Origin: Octopus sinensis
Lineage: Eukaryota
Direction of reading: 5' to 3'
Assembly: GCF_006345805.1 (NCBI RefSeq)
Contig: NC_043004.1
Coordinates: 83,762,001-83,826,000, forward strand
DNA: 64,000 nt
Shown here: positions 1-12,165 of the stretch, in pieces
Numbering within the stretch: position 1 is the first letter of the stretch
Layout: the number at the start of each line of letters is the position of its first letter
Position numbers and translations under genes: made by a program
The notes under the pieces: generated by a model
What the model saw: the letters and a program-made list of their open reading frames with translations, nothing else
The model's database searches: none
What the model was told of the DNA's origin: nothing

Positions 1-46
1 ACTAACCCTACCCCAAAATTTAAGGAACTGCATCTATATTATTAAT

Positions 47-117
47 GATTATTATTGGTTTTGCTATTACTATTATTATTTCTATTATTATTATTATTAT
101 TATCATTATTATTATTA

Positions 118-156
<39 letters not shown>

Positions 157-178
157 GTTTTTTCCTTCTTTCTTCAAA

Positions 179-234
<56 letters not shown>

Positions 235-322
235 GTTGTTGTTGTTGTTGCTGTTGTTGTTGTTGTTGCTGTTGTTATTATTATCATTATTATGACGACG
301 ATGATGATGATGATGATGATAA
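47..322. repeat. Compound trinucleotide microsatellite (ATT)n-(GTT)n-(ATG)n
   Basis: Seen directly; explains the poly-I/L/Y/C/D ORFs at 45-437. Confidence 0.97.
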
Positions 323-326
323 TGGT

Positions 327-597
327 TTGTCTGCCGCTACGTTCTGAGTTCAAATTCCGCCGGTGTCGACTTTGACTTTCATTCTTTCGGGATCGACAAA
401 TTAAATACCAGAGAAACACTGAGGTCGATGTACGCAACTAGACCACTAACATCCAGGAAACTGCTTAGCACCCGTCTTTACGATCTCATTTCGAATTCGA
501 TAAAATGAGTACCAGTTGAACACTGGTGTCAATATAATTAACTTATCCCATTCCTGGAAATTGCCGGTCTTGTGCCAACATGTGAAACCATTGATTT
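327..597 (+). mobile_element. SINE family A, 5'-truncated and decayed pieces
   Basis: Core gttctgagttcaaattccgccggtgtcgactttgactttcattctttcgggatcgac is shared with copies near 6.0, 8.9, 15.5 and 44.7 kb. Confidence 0.75.
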
Positions 598-607
598 TGT
601 TATTTTA

Positions 608-721
608 GATTGATAGAGCAGTGCATCCCATCAAAGTAACACTGGGTATAAAAATACGAATGTCAATATACCTGTCAGGATTAACCGTCTGATAAGGGAA
701 CATCAGACTCATACATCACAA
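608..721 (-). mobile_element. Old degenerate 3'-end fragment of the 554-bp (AAT)n-associated element
   Basis: gagcagtgcatcccatcaaagtaacactgggtata...ccgtctgataaggg aligns to 1765-1880. Confidence 0.75.
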
Positions 722-1510
722 ATTTCACTTGAAAAAGAAAATAAGGTTAGAAAGGGAAGTCTTGTCTTCTAGCCAGTTTGCCGAAAGGTGGATGTAAGTG
801 GAGAGAATGTTTGGGTACAGGACGAGTGCATGCACAACTGTCTCGTCGTCCTGCGTGCATCTTGGATGTGCTCGGCTGACGGCACTTCCGTGCCTGTAAA
901 TTTTGTCTGTACTCAAACATTGCCGACCTGTGGGTTTATATTGAACATCTGCTGTCACGTGTAGGATGCATCCGGCTGTCAACTGAATCCACTGTGAAGA
1001 TGACCCGCCGCCTACCTTTAGCTGTGTTTATATGCCTGGTCGCCATGGCGAAAGAAGTTGTGTGGAGGACGAGATTAAAGGTGCTGAAAACAAACACTTT
1101 TCTCTTTGGCCAATCCGTAATCAACTTTGTCAAATTTCACTTGAAAAGGAAAAAAAGGTTTGAAAGGGAAGTCTTGTCTTCTAGCCAGTTTGCCGAAAGG
1201 TGGATGAAAGTGGAGAGAATAGTGCAAGTAAAAGGGCTAGTGAACGGCCGACCATACGCATGTGGTTAGATAAGAGGAGAGGAAAAAGAACCTGCCACAA
1301 AAGTCAATGTGCCCATGATATTTATGCTTTTTTTTCCACGAGCAGCCTCGAACGCCTCCTCCCGATGGAAGATTACACATAGTTGAATATGATCTTTTGA
1401 AATTTAATATTTTTATACACCAAATCTTCACAAAAGACACAGACTTTATTTTGTTTTGTCCTGTACTGTCCATAAATGATTTTTCTTAATGTGAATCCTT
1501 GTTAATCAAG

Positions 1511-1512
<2 letters not shown>
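719..1512 (+). mobile_element. Tx1/L1-like non-LTR retrotransposon 3' fragment (ORF2 C-terminus plus 3' UTR), rearranged
   Basis: Plus strand 905-1269 reads NIADLWVYIEHLL...AKEVVWRTRL...FVKFHLKRK...FAERW. Minus strand 806-910 reads DKIYRHG...HPRCTQDDETVVHALVLYPNI, a decayed CxxC..ETxxH zinc knuckle typical of L1/Tx1 ORF2. Confidence 0.7.
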
Positions 1513-1573
<61 letters not shown>

Positions 1574-1582
1574 CCATCATCA

Positions 1583-1641
<59 letters not shown>

Positions 1642-1764
1642 ATTATTATTATTATTATCATTATTATTATTATTAATATTATTATTATCATTATTATTAT
1701 TATTATTATTATTATCATCATCATCGTCATTATCATAATCATAATTATTATTATTATTATTATT
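1513..1764. repeat. (ATC)n/(ATT)n microsatellite
   Basis: Seen directly. Confidence 0.97.
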
Positions 1765-2317
1765 GAGTGAGAGAGCAGTTCATGCCATCAAAGTGACACT
1801 GGGGTAAAATATACGAAGCCCAATATACCCATCATGACTACCCGTCTGATAAGGGTACACCAGGCACATGCATCACAACCATATGTGCGCGACATGGTGA
1901 TCTCATATCAAGATAAACAGCACATGACCTTGCAGGTGGGGCCCAGTTAGAATTTTCCTCAGGTTGAGTAGACCATCCTGCTCAAAAGGTCCCTGAATAA
2001 GGGTTGTTTAAGGTTGTTGAAAGAACTACCCATGTTTCCAGAGGTGAATTATTCAAACCCCAAAGAATCCCTCTCAACACATGGCTATGATGCTCCCCCA
2101 CTACTTCTGCTCGTGATCAGAGATGCACACATCGTCAGCCACTAAGGGACATGCTCAACTGGTTAAGGTCAAACAACTGACAAGCAAATCTGTGGTATTG
2201 AGCAGAATATTTGCTGTAGCCCATCTTTTATACCAAGACAAAACAAAGTACATGATAACACTTCCAATCAGTTAAGATCAGAAGCCATGAGAGCCACTGC
2301 CTGGTACTGCATCAGGG

Positions 2318-2318
<1 letters not shown>
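1765..2318 (-). mobile_element. 554-bp non-coding (AAT)n-associated retroelement, full-length copy 1
   Basis: Near-identical copies at 40619, 41201, 41843 and 45369; (ATT)n on both sides; orientation inferred from one-sided truncation of partial copies. Confidence 0.85.
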
Positions 2319-2386
<68 letters not shown>

Positions 2387-2388
<2 letters not shown>

Positions 2389-3062
2389 TTTTTCCTCGCC
2401 GTGTGTTTTCCATACACCTAGGGCAGAGAAGCTCATTGTATGCATTCCCAGATTACACACGCAAATTCACAGATAAATATGTATTTAACAATTAATAAAT
2501 AAATAAATTCATGGATGGATGTTGTTTTCACAGCAATAATGGTCTTCTCAGTACACGAACCGTTCCAGTTAATACGATTTTTTGCACTTGCTGTAGGGAT
2601 GGTAAGCTTTGAATCATTTTCAAATAGGTTTCAGTACCTTTTTTTTTATCATTCCTAGAGATCCTACAACCACTGGTACTGTAGTCGCCTTGAGATGCCA
2701 CATTTTTTCAATTTCTATTAGCAGGTCTTTATATTTACAAATCTTGTCAAATTCTTTCGCCGCTATATTGTGATCGCAAGGGATACTCATGTCAATTAAT
2801 AAACACATCTTTTTTTCTGATCTTTTATAATAATATCCGGTTTATTAGCTTTTATAGACTTGTCGGTCTGTACGGGGAAGTCCCATACAATCGACACATT
2901 TTCTTCCTCAGTCACAGCTTCAGGATGGTGTTCATACCATTTGTCAGCGGTTTTGATTTTATAATACCGACATATTGTCCAATATAAATACTGGCCGACT
3001 CTGTCATGTCTTGCTTTATATTCTGCAGGTGCTAAGACTCTACACCCTGAGATTAGGTGGTC
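2387..3062 (-). mobile_element. R4/Dong-clade non-LTR retrotransposon, 5'-truncated 3' end (zinc knuckle, REL endonuclease, 3' UTR), frameshifted
   Basis: DHLISGCRVLAPAEYKARHD...WDFPVQTDKSIKANKPDIIIKD...LIDMSIPCD..AKEFDKICKYKDL...VPVVVGSLG fits a PD-(D/E)xK restriction-like endonuclease; flanked by (ATT)n, the known Dong target. Confidence 0.9.
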
Positions 3063-3064
3063 TA

Positions 3065-3095
<31 letters not shown>

Positions 3096-3124
3096 TATCA
3101 TTATTATCATTATCATCATCATCA

Positions 3125-3180
<56 letters not shown>

Positions 3181-3316
3181 GAGTGAGAGAGCAGTGCAAG
3201 CCAGCAAAGTGACACTGGGGTAAAATATACGAAGCCCACTATACCCATCATGACTACCCGTCTGATAAGGATACACCAGGCGAATGCATCAAGATGAACA
3301 GCGCATGACCTTGCAG
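3181..3316 (-). mobile_element. 554-bp element, 3'-end fragment with a ~35-bp internal deletion
   Basis: Aligns to the start of copy 1; the deletion joins gcatc to aagat. Confidence 0.85.
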
Positions 3317-3545
3317 TGTCCTCTTCCATGTTGCAAAAGAAAGCTTTCCATCTCATGTGCTTAATAAGGTCTGTAATTTTCTCCCAAAGTTTCTTAGAGT
3401 ATAGTTCCCTTGTTGGTATAGGTATGTTTTTCATAGAATAATCGATACTGTAGGCATCCATATTGAATTCTTCTGCGGGGCAGAGCCCTCAACCGATTTA
3501 TGGTGGTTTTCCAAAATAAGCTGTATTAACTATACGGAAAATTAG
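3317..3545 (-). mobile_element. Penelope-like element (PLE) ORF N-terminal fragment
   Basis: MDAYSIDYSMKNIPIPTRELYSKKLWEKITDLIKHMRWKAFF resembles the YSxKNIPxP...IKRMRWKAF motif I associate with invertebrate PLE reverse-transcriptase N-termini (from memory). Confidence 0.6.
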
Positions 3546-3568
3546 CGACATATATATATATATATATA

Positions 3569-3688
3569 CTTTATTTAAAGCGGCAGAAAATTCAACAAAA
3601 CTTGTTACTCTGAGTTTCACGTTGCCGTTCGGCAACGTGAAACTCAGAGTAACAGGTTTTGTTGAGTTTTCTGCTGCTTTAAATAAAG
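3569..3688. repeat. Near-perfect palindrome, 59-bp arms, 2-nt loop
   Basis: 3569-3627 vs reverse complement of 3630-3688 shows 3 mismatches; one arm recurs at ~35343-35391. Confidence 0.95.
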
Positions 3689-3758
3689 CATATTACTCTA
3701 CCACTGGTATTTGAGTACTCTTTTTTTCCACATTGTTTCACATTTATGTGTTTACTCC

Positions 3759-3905
<147 letters not shown>

Positions 3906-4039
3906 TATATATAGATATATATATATAAATCCCAAAAATACGGACAGATAGACGGGTCAAAGACGGACAGGAAGAACCAGGACGGAACATTTGGGGCTTT
4001 CTTTCATCAGTCAAGTTACATACAAGCATACCCGACGGA

Positions 4040-4190
4040 CATACACACATCTCGTCTGCCAAATCCACTCACAAGTCTCTGGTGGGCCCGATGCTATAAT
4101 AGAAGACACCTGCCTAAGGTGACACGCAGTGAGACAGATCTAGGAAACGTGGTTGAGAAGCAAACTCCTTACATCACAATCACGCTTGGA
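4040..4190 (-). mobile_element. SINE family B, decayed 5' part
   Basis: ccaaatccactcacaag...gaagacacctgcctaaggtgacacgcagtg matches the reverse complement of 24683-24840. Confidence 0.7.
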
Positions 4191-5179
4191 CTTATATCTG
4201 TATAGATATGCATATTGTGTCTCCAGTTAAAATTAATGTTACATAATTTCTTGAACAGTCGTCTATCTATTGAAGGGACTCCAACTTTGCATGGAAGATT
4301 TATAGCTTCACCTCAAAGCCCTCAAATGTCACTTAAAGAAGGGAAACATAACTATCATCCAAAACTATTGTTCCATAACTTTTCTTTTATAGTAAACGTT
4401 TTAAACTGATAATGATAATGTGATTGCAAAGTTTTCTAAGACAAAGCGGTGCAATATTATTACTAAATACAGCAAATCAAAAATTGGCACGCTTCCTATC
4501 CTTATAAAATCAATATATAAATACGATTGTATCTCCAGTATTGTTACTTTTTTATGCAAGTACCGATTTCCTGTACAATGTGTCAAATGTCTATTGTTAA
4601 TACAATAAGGATATATTTATCAAAATGAATTTATATAAATAACAAAGAGACCTGTTGAACTGAAAGAGAGATTCTGGCGAATGAAGATTACAGAATAATT
4701 TCGTGTCTTATTTGAAAGCCATTTCCCTTAAATTCTGCAAAAAAAAAGATAAATTGTAAGAATCCATTATATTTCCTTTCAAATATGAGGGTTTTTAATT
4801 TTTATATTATTATTATTTTTTTCCTTTGTGATGAAAGAAGTAGTGGTAGGGAGGAGGAAATGAAATGATTAATGTAAATATATAAGGCGGTGAGGCGGAA
4901 AATTATGTCTAAGTTCCTTTATTAATGACGCTAACAAAACACGCAAAAAATGCAACTGAAATCGGTCTATTAGCTTATTTCATTATTATCTCACCGGCAC
5001 ATGAAAGCAAACGCCACAAGAAGAAATAACAGTGAATTGAATCAACAATAATTTATAAGTCTCGACGACCAAATAAAATTCTGTTTATATGGAAAAAGCT
5101 TTGCCGCTAAAGGAATACTGGTATATTATCCGACGATACATATATGTATATTTATCAACATAGGTATGTATATGTGTGC

Positions 5180-5218
<39 letters not shown>

Positions 5219-5949
5219 AGTGTGTGTGTGTGCATACCAAATACCACCCCCATGGCAACAAACAGCATAATGGGGGGAAATGCAATTAGAATGTGGCAAA
5301 AATTAGACACATAATTATGAATGGTAATTCAGGGAGTTATATCGTTTTGGCTCAATCTGCTTCTGTTTCAGTATTTTAAAATTGTCAGTATTGATTTTCT
5401 GGCGCAGGGAAGCACATTCCACAACCGATTTAAAGTGTGGTCTTAAGACTACTAACATTTCCTACCGAATTAATAATATAGAATAAGTAAATTTGTAATT
5501 AACAAAATTGAATGCCTTCACACCAGCTAATGATAGCGCCTGCTGGTTAAATCGATTTGGTTTCACCAGACAAGGGAAATATATCTGTAGTATTAATTTC
5601 CTTCGTATAAACACGCAAAACAAATCACGGCATACATAAAGCAAGTACATAAAATTAACTACAGCTTGGATAAGAAGTGCTTTACGAATAAGTAAAAGAA
5701 TTATATGATCGTATACGGAAATTTTACATTACTTGAAATATAATATTTTGTTTGTGTTTGAAGACAAAGCGATACAAACATTGATAATTTCACATAGGAG
5801 TGCCTGTCTGTAAAGCTTCAATGAATTTACTTTCCAATTATATTTGTAATATATATTATATATATAATATATATATATCGCTATACTAATACATCTGTTT
5901 GTTTGTACACCACCTGTCTTCATCATTTGTTTATTTTCGCGAACTTTCC

Positions 5950-5992
<43 letters not shown>

Positions 5993-5995
5993 CGA

Positions 5996-6192
5996 AGGGC
6001 GCAAACTGGCAGAATCTTTGCAGCATCGGCGTTTCCTCAGTCTGTATTTTGAGTTCAAATTACACTGAGTTTGACTTTGCCTTTGATCCTTTCGGCGTCG
6101 ATAAAGTAAATATCATTTCAACACTGGGATCGATTTAATCGACTTATACCCACATCCGAAAATTGCTGCCCTTCGGATGAATTTGAAATCAA
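5996..6192 (+). mobile_element. SINE family A copy
   Basis: ctggcagaatc head; ttgactttgcctttgatcctttcggcgtcgataaa core. Confidence 0.75.
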
Positions 6193-6237
6193 TATGTATA
6201 TACATACGCACACGCACACACACACACACACACACAC

Positions 6238-6306
<69 letters not shown>

Positions 6307-6528
6307 TGTGTGTATGTATAAACAATAATCCGTCTTCATATTGCGGTTTACTATTGTAGCTTACGTCGATCCCTCTGTGGTGCTGTTTTGCATATGTAAA
6401 TAAATATATACAAATTCTAAAATAAAATAAAATTAGATAGTACAGTACTGTTTCTATTTCGCGGATTTTCACCTTAGCTATCACGGGGCATTTGGAACGT
6501 AATACACGACCCGTGATAGTCAACAGAG

Positions 6529-6567
<39 letters not shown>

Positions 6568-6723
6568 TATATATATTCTCCCTTGTTTTTTTATCTGCAT
6601 CCCTTTCTGTAGAAGGGCGTAGGCTCGAGCGTAAAATACTTTTTCTATTCCCGAGCGTTATACTAATACATGTTGTTTTCTACACCACCTGTCTTCATCT
6701 TTTGTTTTTTCGTAAAATCTCCC

Positions 6724-6784
<61 letters not shown>

Positions 6785-7140
6785 CATACATACATACATA
6801 CATACATACTTACACACACACACATATCTGTGTGTGTATATTCGTGACAGCTTTTAATGACGGGGAAATTATAAGTAGAAATGTGCCTTATTTCTATCAT
6901 AAAGGGCTTTTCTTAGCTTTCATTTCTATTTTGTTTTAAACTGCACACATTTTTAATAATGTCAAATTTTCCCAATGTCATCGAAATATTTCCTTTACAA
7001 AGATATTTCTATTCTTATATTGGTCTAGTGGCCTTACTTATCTGTTGTTCTTATTTCAGTTGTACGTACAAATCGTAACTAGGCTTCATTTGTCCGTACT
7101 TAGTATTGAACATTATAATATCATTATTTCCATTATTTAC

Positions 7141-7240
7141 ATTAATTACATTATCTATGTTTGTTGGATATTTATTCTCACATGGCGTAGTGGTTAAAAG
7201 CGCGGGCTACTAAATCCGTGTTCGATTCCAGGCAGTGACC

Positions 7241-7276
<36 letters not shown>

Positions 7277-7445
7277 TCAAAAATTACCTTTGGAATGAGA
7301 ACCCAGGTTCAAAATTTCCCCAAGACACCAGAAGGCTGGAATGTATATTAGCCGAAACGTTCTGTTAACAACAGACAATATGAGCAGAAATATCTATCAA
7401 ATATAAATAATGTAAATAACGTACATAATTCCTAATCTCTTAAAT
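7141..7445 (+). mobile_element. Composite tRNA-headed SINE with (AAT)n, hammerhead-like tail and inverted 5' tail copy (copy 1)
   Basis: A-box tggcgtagtggtt (7183), B-box gttcgattcc (7220), (AAT)n, then a tail shared with 13007-13160 (minus). Confidence 0.8.
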
Positions 7446-8879
7446 AACTGTATAGTTATTTCCTTTGTTATTTAAGGTGACAGTTGCCATTGTTTGTCAA
7501 AGGAGTGCTTTCGTGATATCTTAGTCAGTAATTGGTGTGTCATGATACAATTTTTAGCAGGCAGCTATCAAGGAAATTATGCTGTCTTATTTTGCTATCA
7601 ATGATAACGAATTTGAATAATTAAATATTTATAAATACACCATCATATACTTGATTCACACAAACACGGTAAAATTAAATTGGGAGTTATTTTGAGAGAA
7701 AACTACAATACAGATTTTAAAGTCTAGATAGCAAAGTCGTAAAATTCTCTGTCTCGTGATACGCATTATTTAATGCCCAATGAAAACTCAAATGGACAGC
7801 ATAAATTACGTGATGAATATTTCTGTGTTTATTCCGATGAAACCACAATAAATAAATATATAACAAAAAATGAGTCAACAACAGACTCTTCATCCAGTTG
7901 ATAACATTCTCAGGATCTATAAATGGGATGAACATAACTGTATTACTACACCTAAAACTATTACAGTGTGGGGAGCGCTAAGCAAGGATAAATAAAATTG
8001 TAATGTTATTGTCAGTACGAAACAAGCTATTCACTAATATTTCTCACGGTTAACATATCCCGTTTGTTGACGTGACCGAAGAGGAAATAACTATTCCGAA
8101 ATGCTAGCATCTCACAGTCTGGGTAGATGGCATTGCGAGCTCATCTAGGCATACAACAGGATATATTTTCCGTGACAAAACGCAATGAGTAGCTTGTTCC
8201 CGAGTCCGAACGTGCCTCGACCATATTCGAACTGATAGTAACATTAAAACTCCTAAGACCAAATTAGAATACCTTAGATAGCTTAGATGGGTTTCGGCCA
8301 TTATCAGAGCAGACCATGACTAACTCAAAAGCGCCACCTGGAAAAGACTTTTAACTAATTATTTTGGGACACCATAGACCACTCAAGCAGAGAGTTGTGG
8401 GCTGAGACGTATCCAGGTGTATGTGATTTATCGGAGATATTTCTCCAGAAAACATTTAATAGGTAAAAACAAATAATGATTAAATAGGATCCGGGATTAA
8501 ATAATATTTATATGAATAAATATCAATTATTCTTATTTGCATACAGAGACAGAGGTTTACATACTCGCACCACATGTATATGCACGAAATCCCCATACAC
8601 ATAAACGCAAGCATACACACATATATGTATGTGTATATAAATTTAGACAAACGAACACACATGTATATATGCAGCAGGCATATGTGTGTGTGTAAAGGGA
8701 GGAATAAACATTTAAAATGTCGAAAAGAGAGAGTAGAGTATAACGATTAGGTAAGTAAGGTTATGCGATGTGTAAGACATTCAACTTCTCAAATCTTTTC
8801 TTGTGTTTCTCGTTGCCAGACGAATTAGAGCGGCGGAGTTGAGGAAAGCGAAGTTGATATTTATCGAGATGAAAGTGGT

Positions 8880-9080
8880 AAGTTGTCGAAATAGTTAGCA
8901 CGCTAAAATATTTACTGGAATTTCGTCCGTTTTTACGTTCTGAGATCAAATTTCACATTTCAATGTCGATTAAAGAAGCACCAGTTCAGTACTAAGGTTG
9001 ATGCATAATCGACTAGCTTCTCCCTCTACCTCGCCACCCCCACCTCCAATTTCAAGCCCTGTCCGTATAATAGAAAAAGG
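8880..9080 (+). mobile_element. SINE family A, decayed copy
   Basis: ttagcacgc...ttacgttctgagatcaaattt...accagttcagtact. Confidence 0.6.
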
Positions 9081-11521
9081 CGTCTATTGAGAGTATGAGG
9101 AGCCAAACAAGCAATACCTACTCTCTGGGCCTTTATGATTATCCGAACATCTCCCTCCACATTTTCATACCGATTGTAAATATACATTCTATATTATTCG
9201 ATTAAATTTCTTTATATAGACACATATATGAATTTATTCAAAATACCGCTAAGTTACTGCTTTTGTTTACGCGTAGGTGTGTTTGTGTGTATGTACAAGT
9301 GCATGGATATATATATATGTATATATACATGACGGCACAAACACATACATAATGACAAGAATTGTATTGAAAAAATAATGGTGATGCTCTGTACTAATAT
9401 AAAGAGAAATGCTACAGACGTCAGATTACAATTATTTCTTAATCAAATTATTTATTCTGACACGTGTTGGGTATTCCAATACAATATTCAGCGGGAAAAT
9501 ATAATAATTTAATTTATATAATTAAATTAGACAAAACAATAAATATCATATGATTAGAGATATCTCGTTTCTTAGAAATATCTCCGTTAGCGGAATTAAT
9601 TTTAATATATTCTCTTCAGACTAAGTGAAAATAATACGATGGAAATGCAGCGTTTAAATAGACAAATTCTCATTTCTGAACGTGTACAGATTGTTAAACC
9701 TGAATCTATAGTTCATCAACCAATTTTCAATGCAATGAAAGTGAAAGTGATCCGACGTTCACAGTACAGTCTGAGTTAGTGAGGTACCTCGTCTTTCTTA
9801 TTTATCTATTTTCATCTATTTCTGTTTTGGTGCATTGTCAGTCAGGGCAGAAAAGTATGTTCTGTGGGTTAACCAAATTCATGAATATACGCATCTAAAA
9901 TATGTTAGGAATGAGGCATACTAATCGCAGATCTGCTCCTCCCGTGCTTAAAAGTTTACATCAATATATTCAAAGAAACGGACACATATGAAATGAAGAT
10001 GATTTGAATTATGGATTTCGCCCTACGGAATTCCATATAGGAGAGATAATGACTTAAAATCTTATGTGATTCTCTAGAGTACACAAAACATACGGTAACT
10101 GTATAGAATCGTTGTTTTTCAATCATTACAATATAAATATCTGTCGATTTGTAATCAAAAGCGCAATATTCGTAGCGTTCCACTCTTTTAGGTGTATGGA
10201 CAATTACAAATTATAAATATTTCTCGCTTGAAAACACCAGGTCGGTTTCATGAGGTGATTTGCTGTTATTTCTAACAGAATCTATAACCATTTAGATTGG
10301 TATTATCGTTGTCCCATATATGCTTTAACATGTCTATGTAGTAAAGTCTATAGAAAATCTGAGATATGAACGAATAAATTTAATAGTGGTGATCAATTTA
10401 GCCTTGAGCAATAATGTCTTTTTTAAAATAAGATTTTCTCTGGAATATAATTGTTGCGATTGTGGTCATCCATACATGAAATATAAATTTAGTTAAAAAT
10501 TTTATTCTGGTTCCAATTTGTCATTGGGTCACATTGTTCTTAGAATTTATTAGACAAGATTCAAAATGAATCGAAATAACAAAGGGTTTTGTTTTCCTTA
10601 TCATTTGAATTTCTCCCTTCCCTCAGCTAATTGTGAGAATAAGACAGATCCTTTGTAGTAGTATTTTTTATAGGTTATCAGTGTTTTCTCTTTTATTTTT
10701 TCTTATCTGGTAATGTTACTCCTAACGCACACAAAACGTTTAACAGAATTCATTTTCAATCTTTGTATAATGTTTGAAAACATTAATTGAAAGGAAGAAT
10801 AACGAACACAAGAAAAATGTTTTAATTAAAATTCCCCCAAATATTCATTATTATGACAGAAAAATAATAGAAATCCTGTCGCGAAAAAGAAAAAGAGAGT
10901 ATCGGTTTCTTCAGAATTTCTTTAAGAGTTAAGCTGAGGTCATGATCAAGAAAAAAGCAGCCATTGTTAATTTTAGTTTAGCTCTTTATAAATGAGATTT
11001 TAAGCAATATTTAAATATTTTTTTCATTGTTCAATTGAAATCGAGAAATACAGAAATATTCAATTAGCTTTAAGTCGCTATATTACCGATAGCTTGGCAA
11101 ATAATGAGTTAGACAAACAAAAGCAAAGAGGATGTTACGCAGCTCAAAATGGCGCCTTCATACAACAGTTTCATTTAATCAGATACACAAAAATACTAGA
11201 ATGTGAACTCTGCAGTGTTTTTAGTTTTTTTAAACACCTGATAATAAAGTTTCTACAAATACAGTTGATTTCGTTTTATATTTTCTTGTATAAAAGATGG
11301 AATTACTTCACCAGATCCTAAACAAAAAAAATACAAAACTAAAGGCAATATGAAGTTTAAATATGTCGTTGCTTTCACAAAGTATCTTGCATCAGTCATG
11401 GTGTAAAATTTTTGCTACCATTGGAATTATATTAATGATATCAAAATTTATAAAGACATTCCTCTCTCTCATTCTCTTTACATATTTATATACGTGTATA
11501 CACACACACACACACATACAT

Positions 11522-11585
<64 letters not shown>

Positions 11586-12071
11586 TATATATATATTTAT
11601 ATATATATTATATGTCTATCTATCTGTCTCTCCGTCCGTTTACCTGTTTATAACTATCTACCTATCGAAACATGTATATATGCTTGTGCATATGTATATA
11701 TGGAATAAGTATATATGTAGCTGTCTCCCTCTGTCTGTTCGCTATTAACGGTAAGTGACTGAATTCGTATATTTGCCACTCCGGTTTTGTGTATGTGAGC
11801 CGCAAGGGCCTTCGTTTTTGGAATCTCCACTTATAGAAATGGAAAAAACGGTCTTTGACTGCCATTTCTAATTCCTTCGGTATGAGGCGAAACAGCTTGC
11901 TGCTAGCCAACTTATTTTTCTTTACTATATATATATATGTATATATATATATGCTTGCCTGACTATCCAATAATCTGTTTATTTATTTTCTATCTGTTTA
12001 TTTGTCTGTCTATCTATCTTTCGTTTGTTTGTTTTTTCTATCTATCTGCCTGTCCCTCTGACTATCTATCC

Positions 12072-12165
<94 letters not shown>

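Noticed and set aside
1-20. Telomere-like ctaaccct
   Set aside because: Single unit, not an array.
2040-2318. U1/U2 snRNA-like words inside the 554-bp element (gatcacga, gtagtggggga, atcagttaagatc)
   Set aside because: Short, non-colinear matches consistent with chance.
7717-7935. Possible piggyBac-like transposase remnant
   Set aside because: Only a vague resemblance (FHWALNNAY); no catalytic motifs or TIRs.
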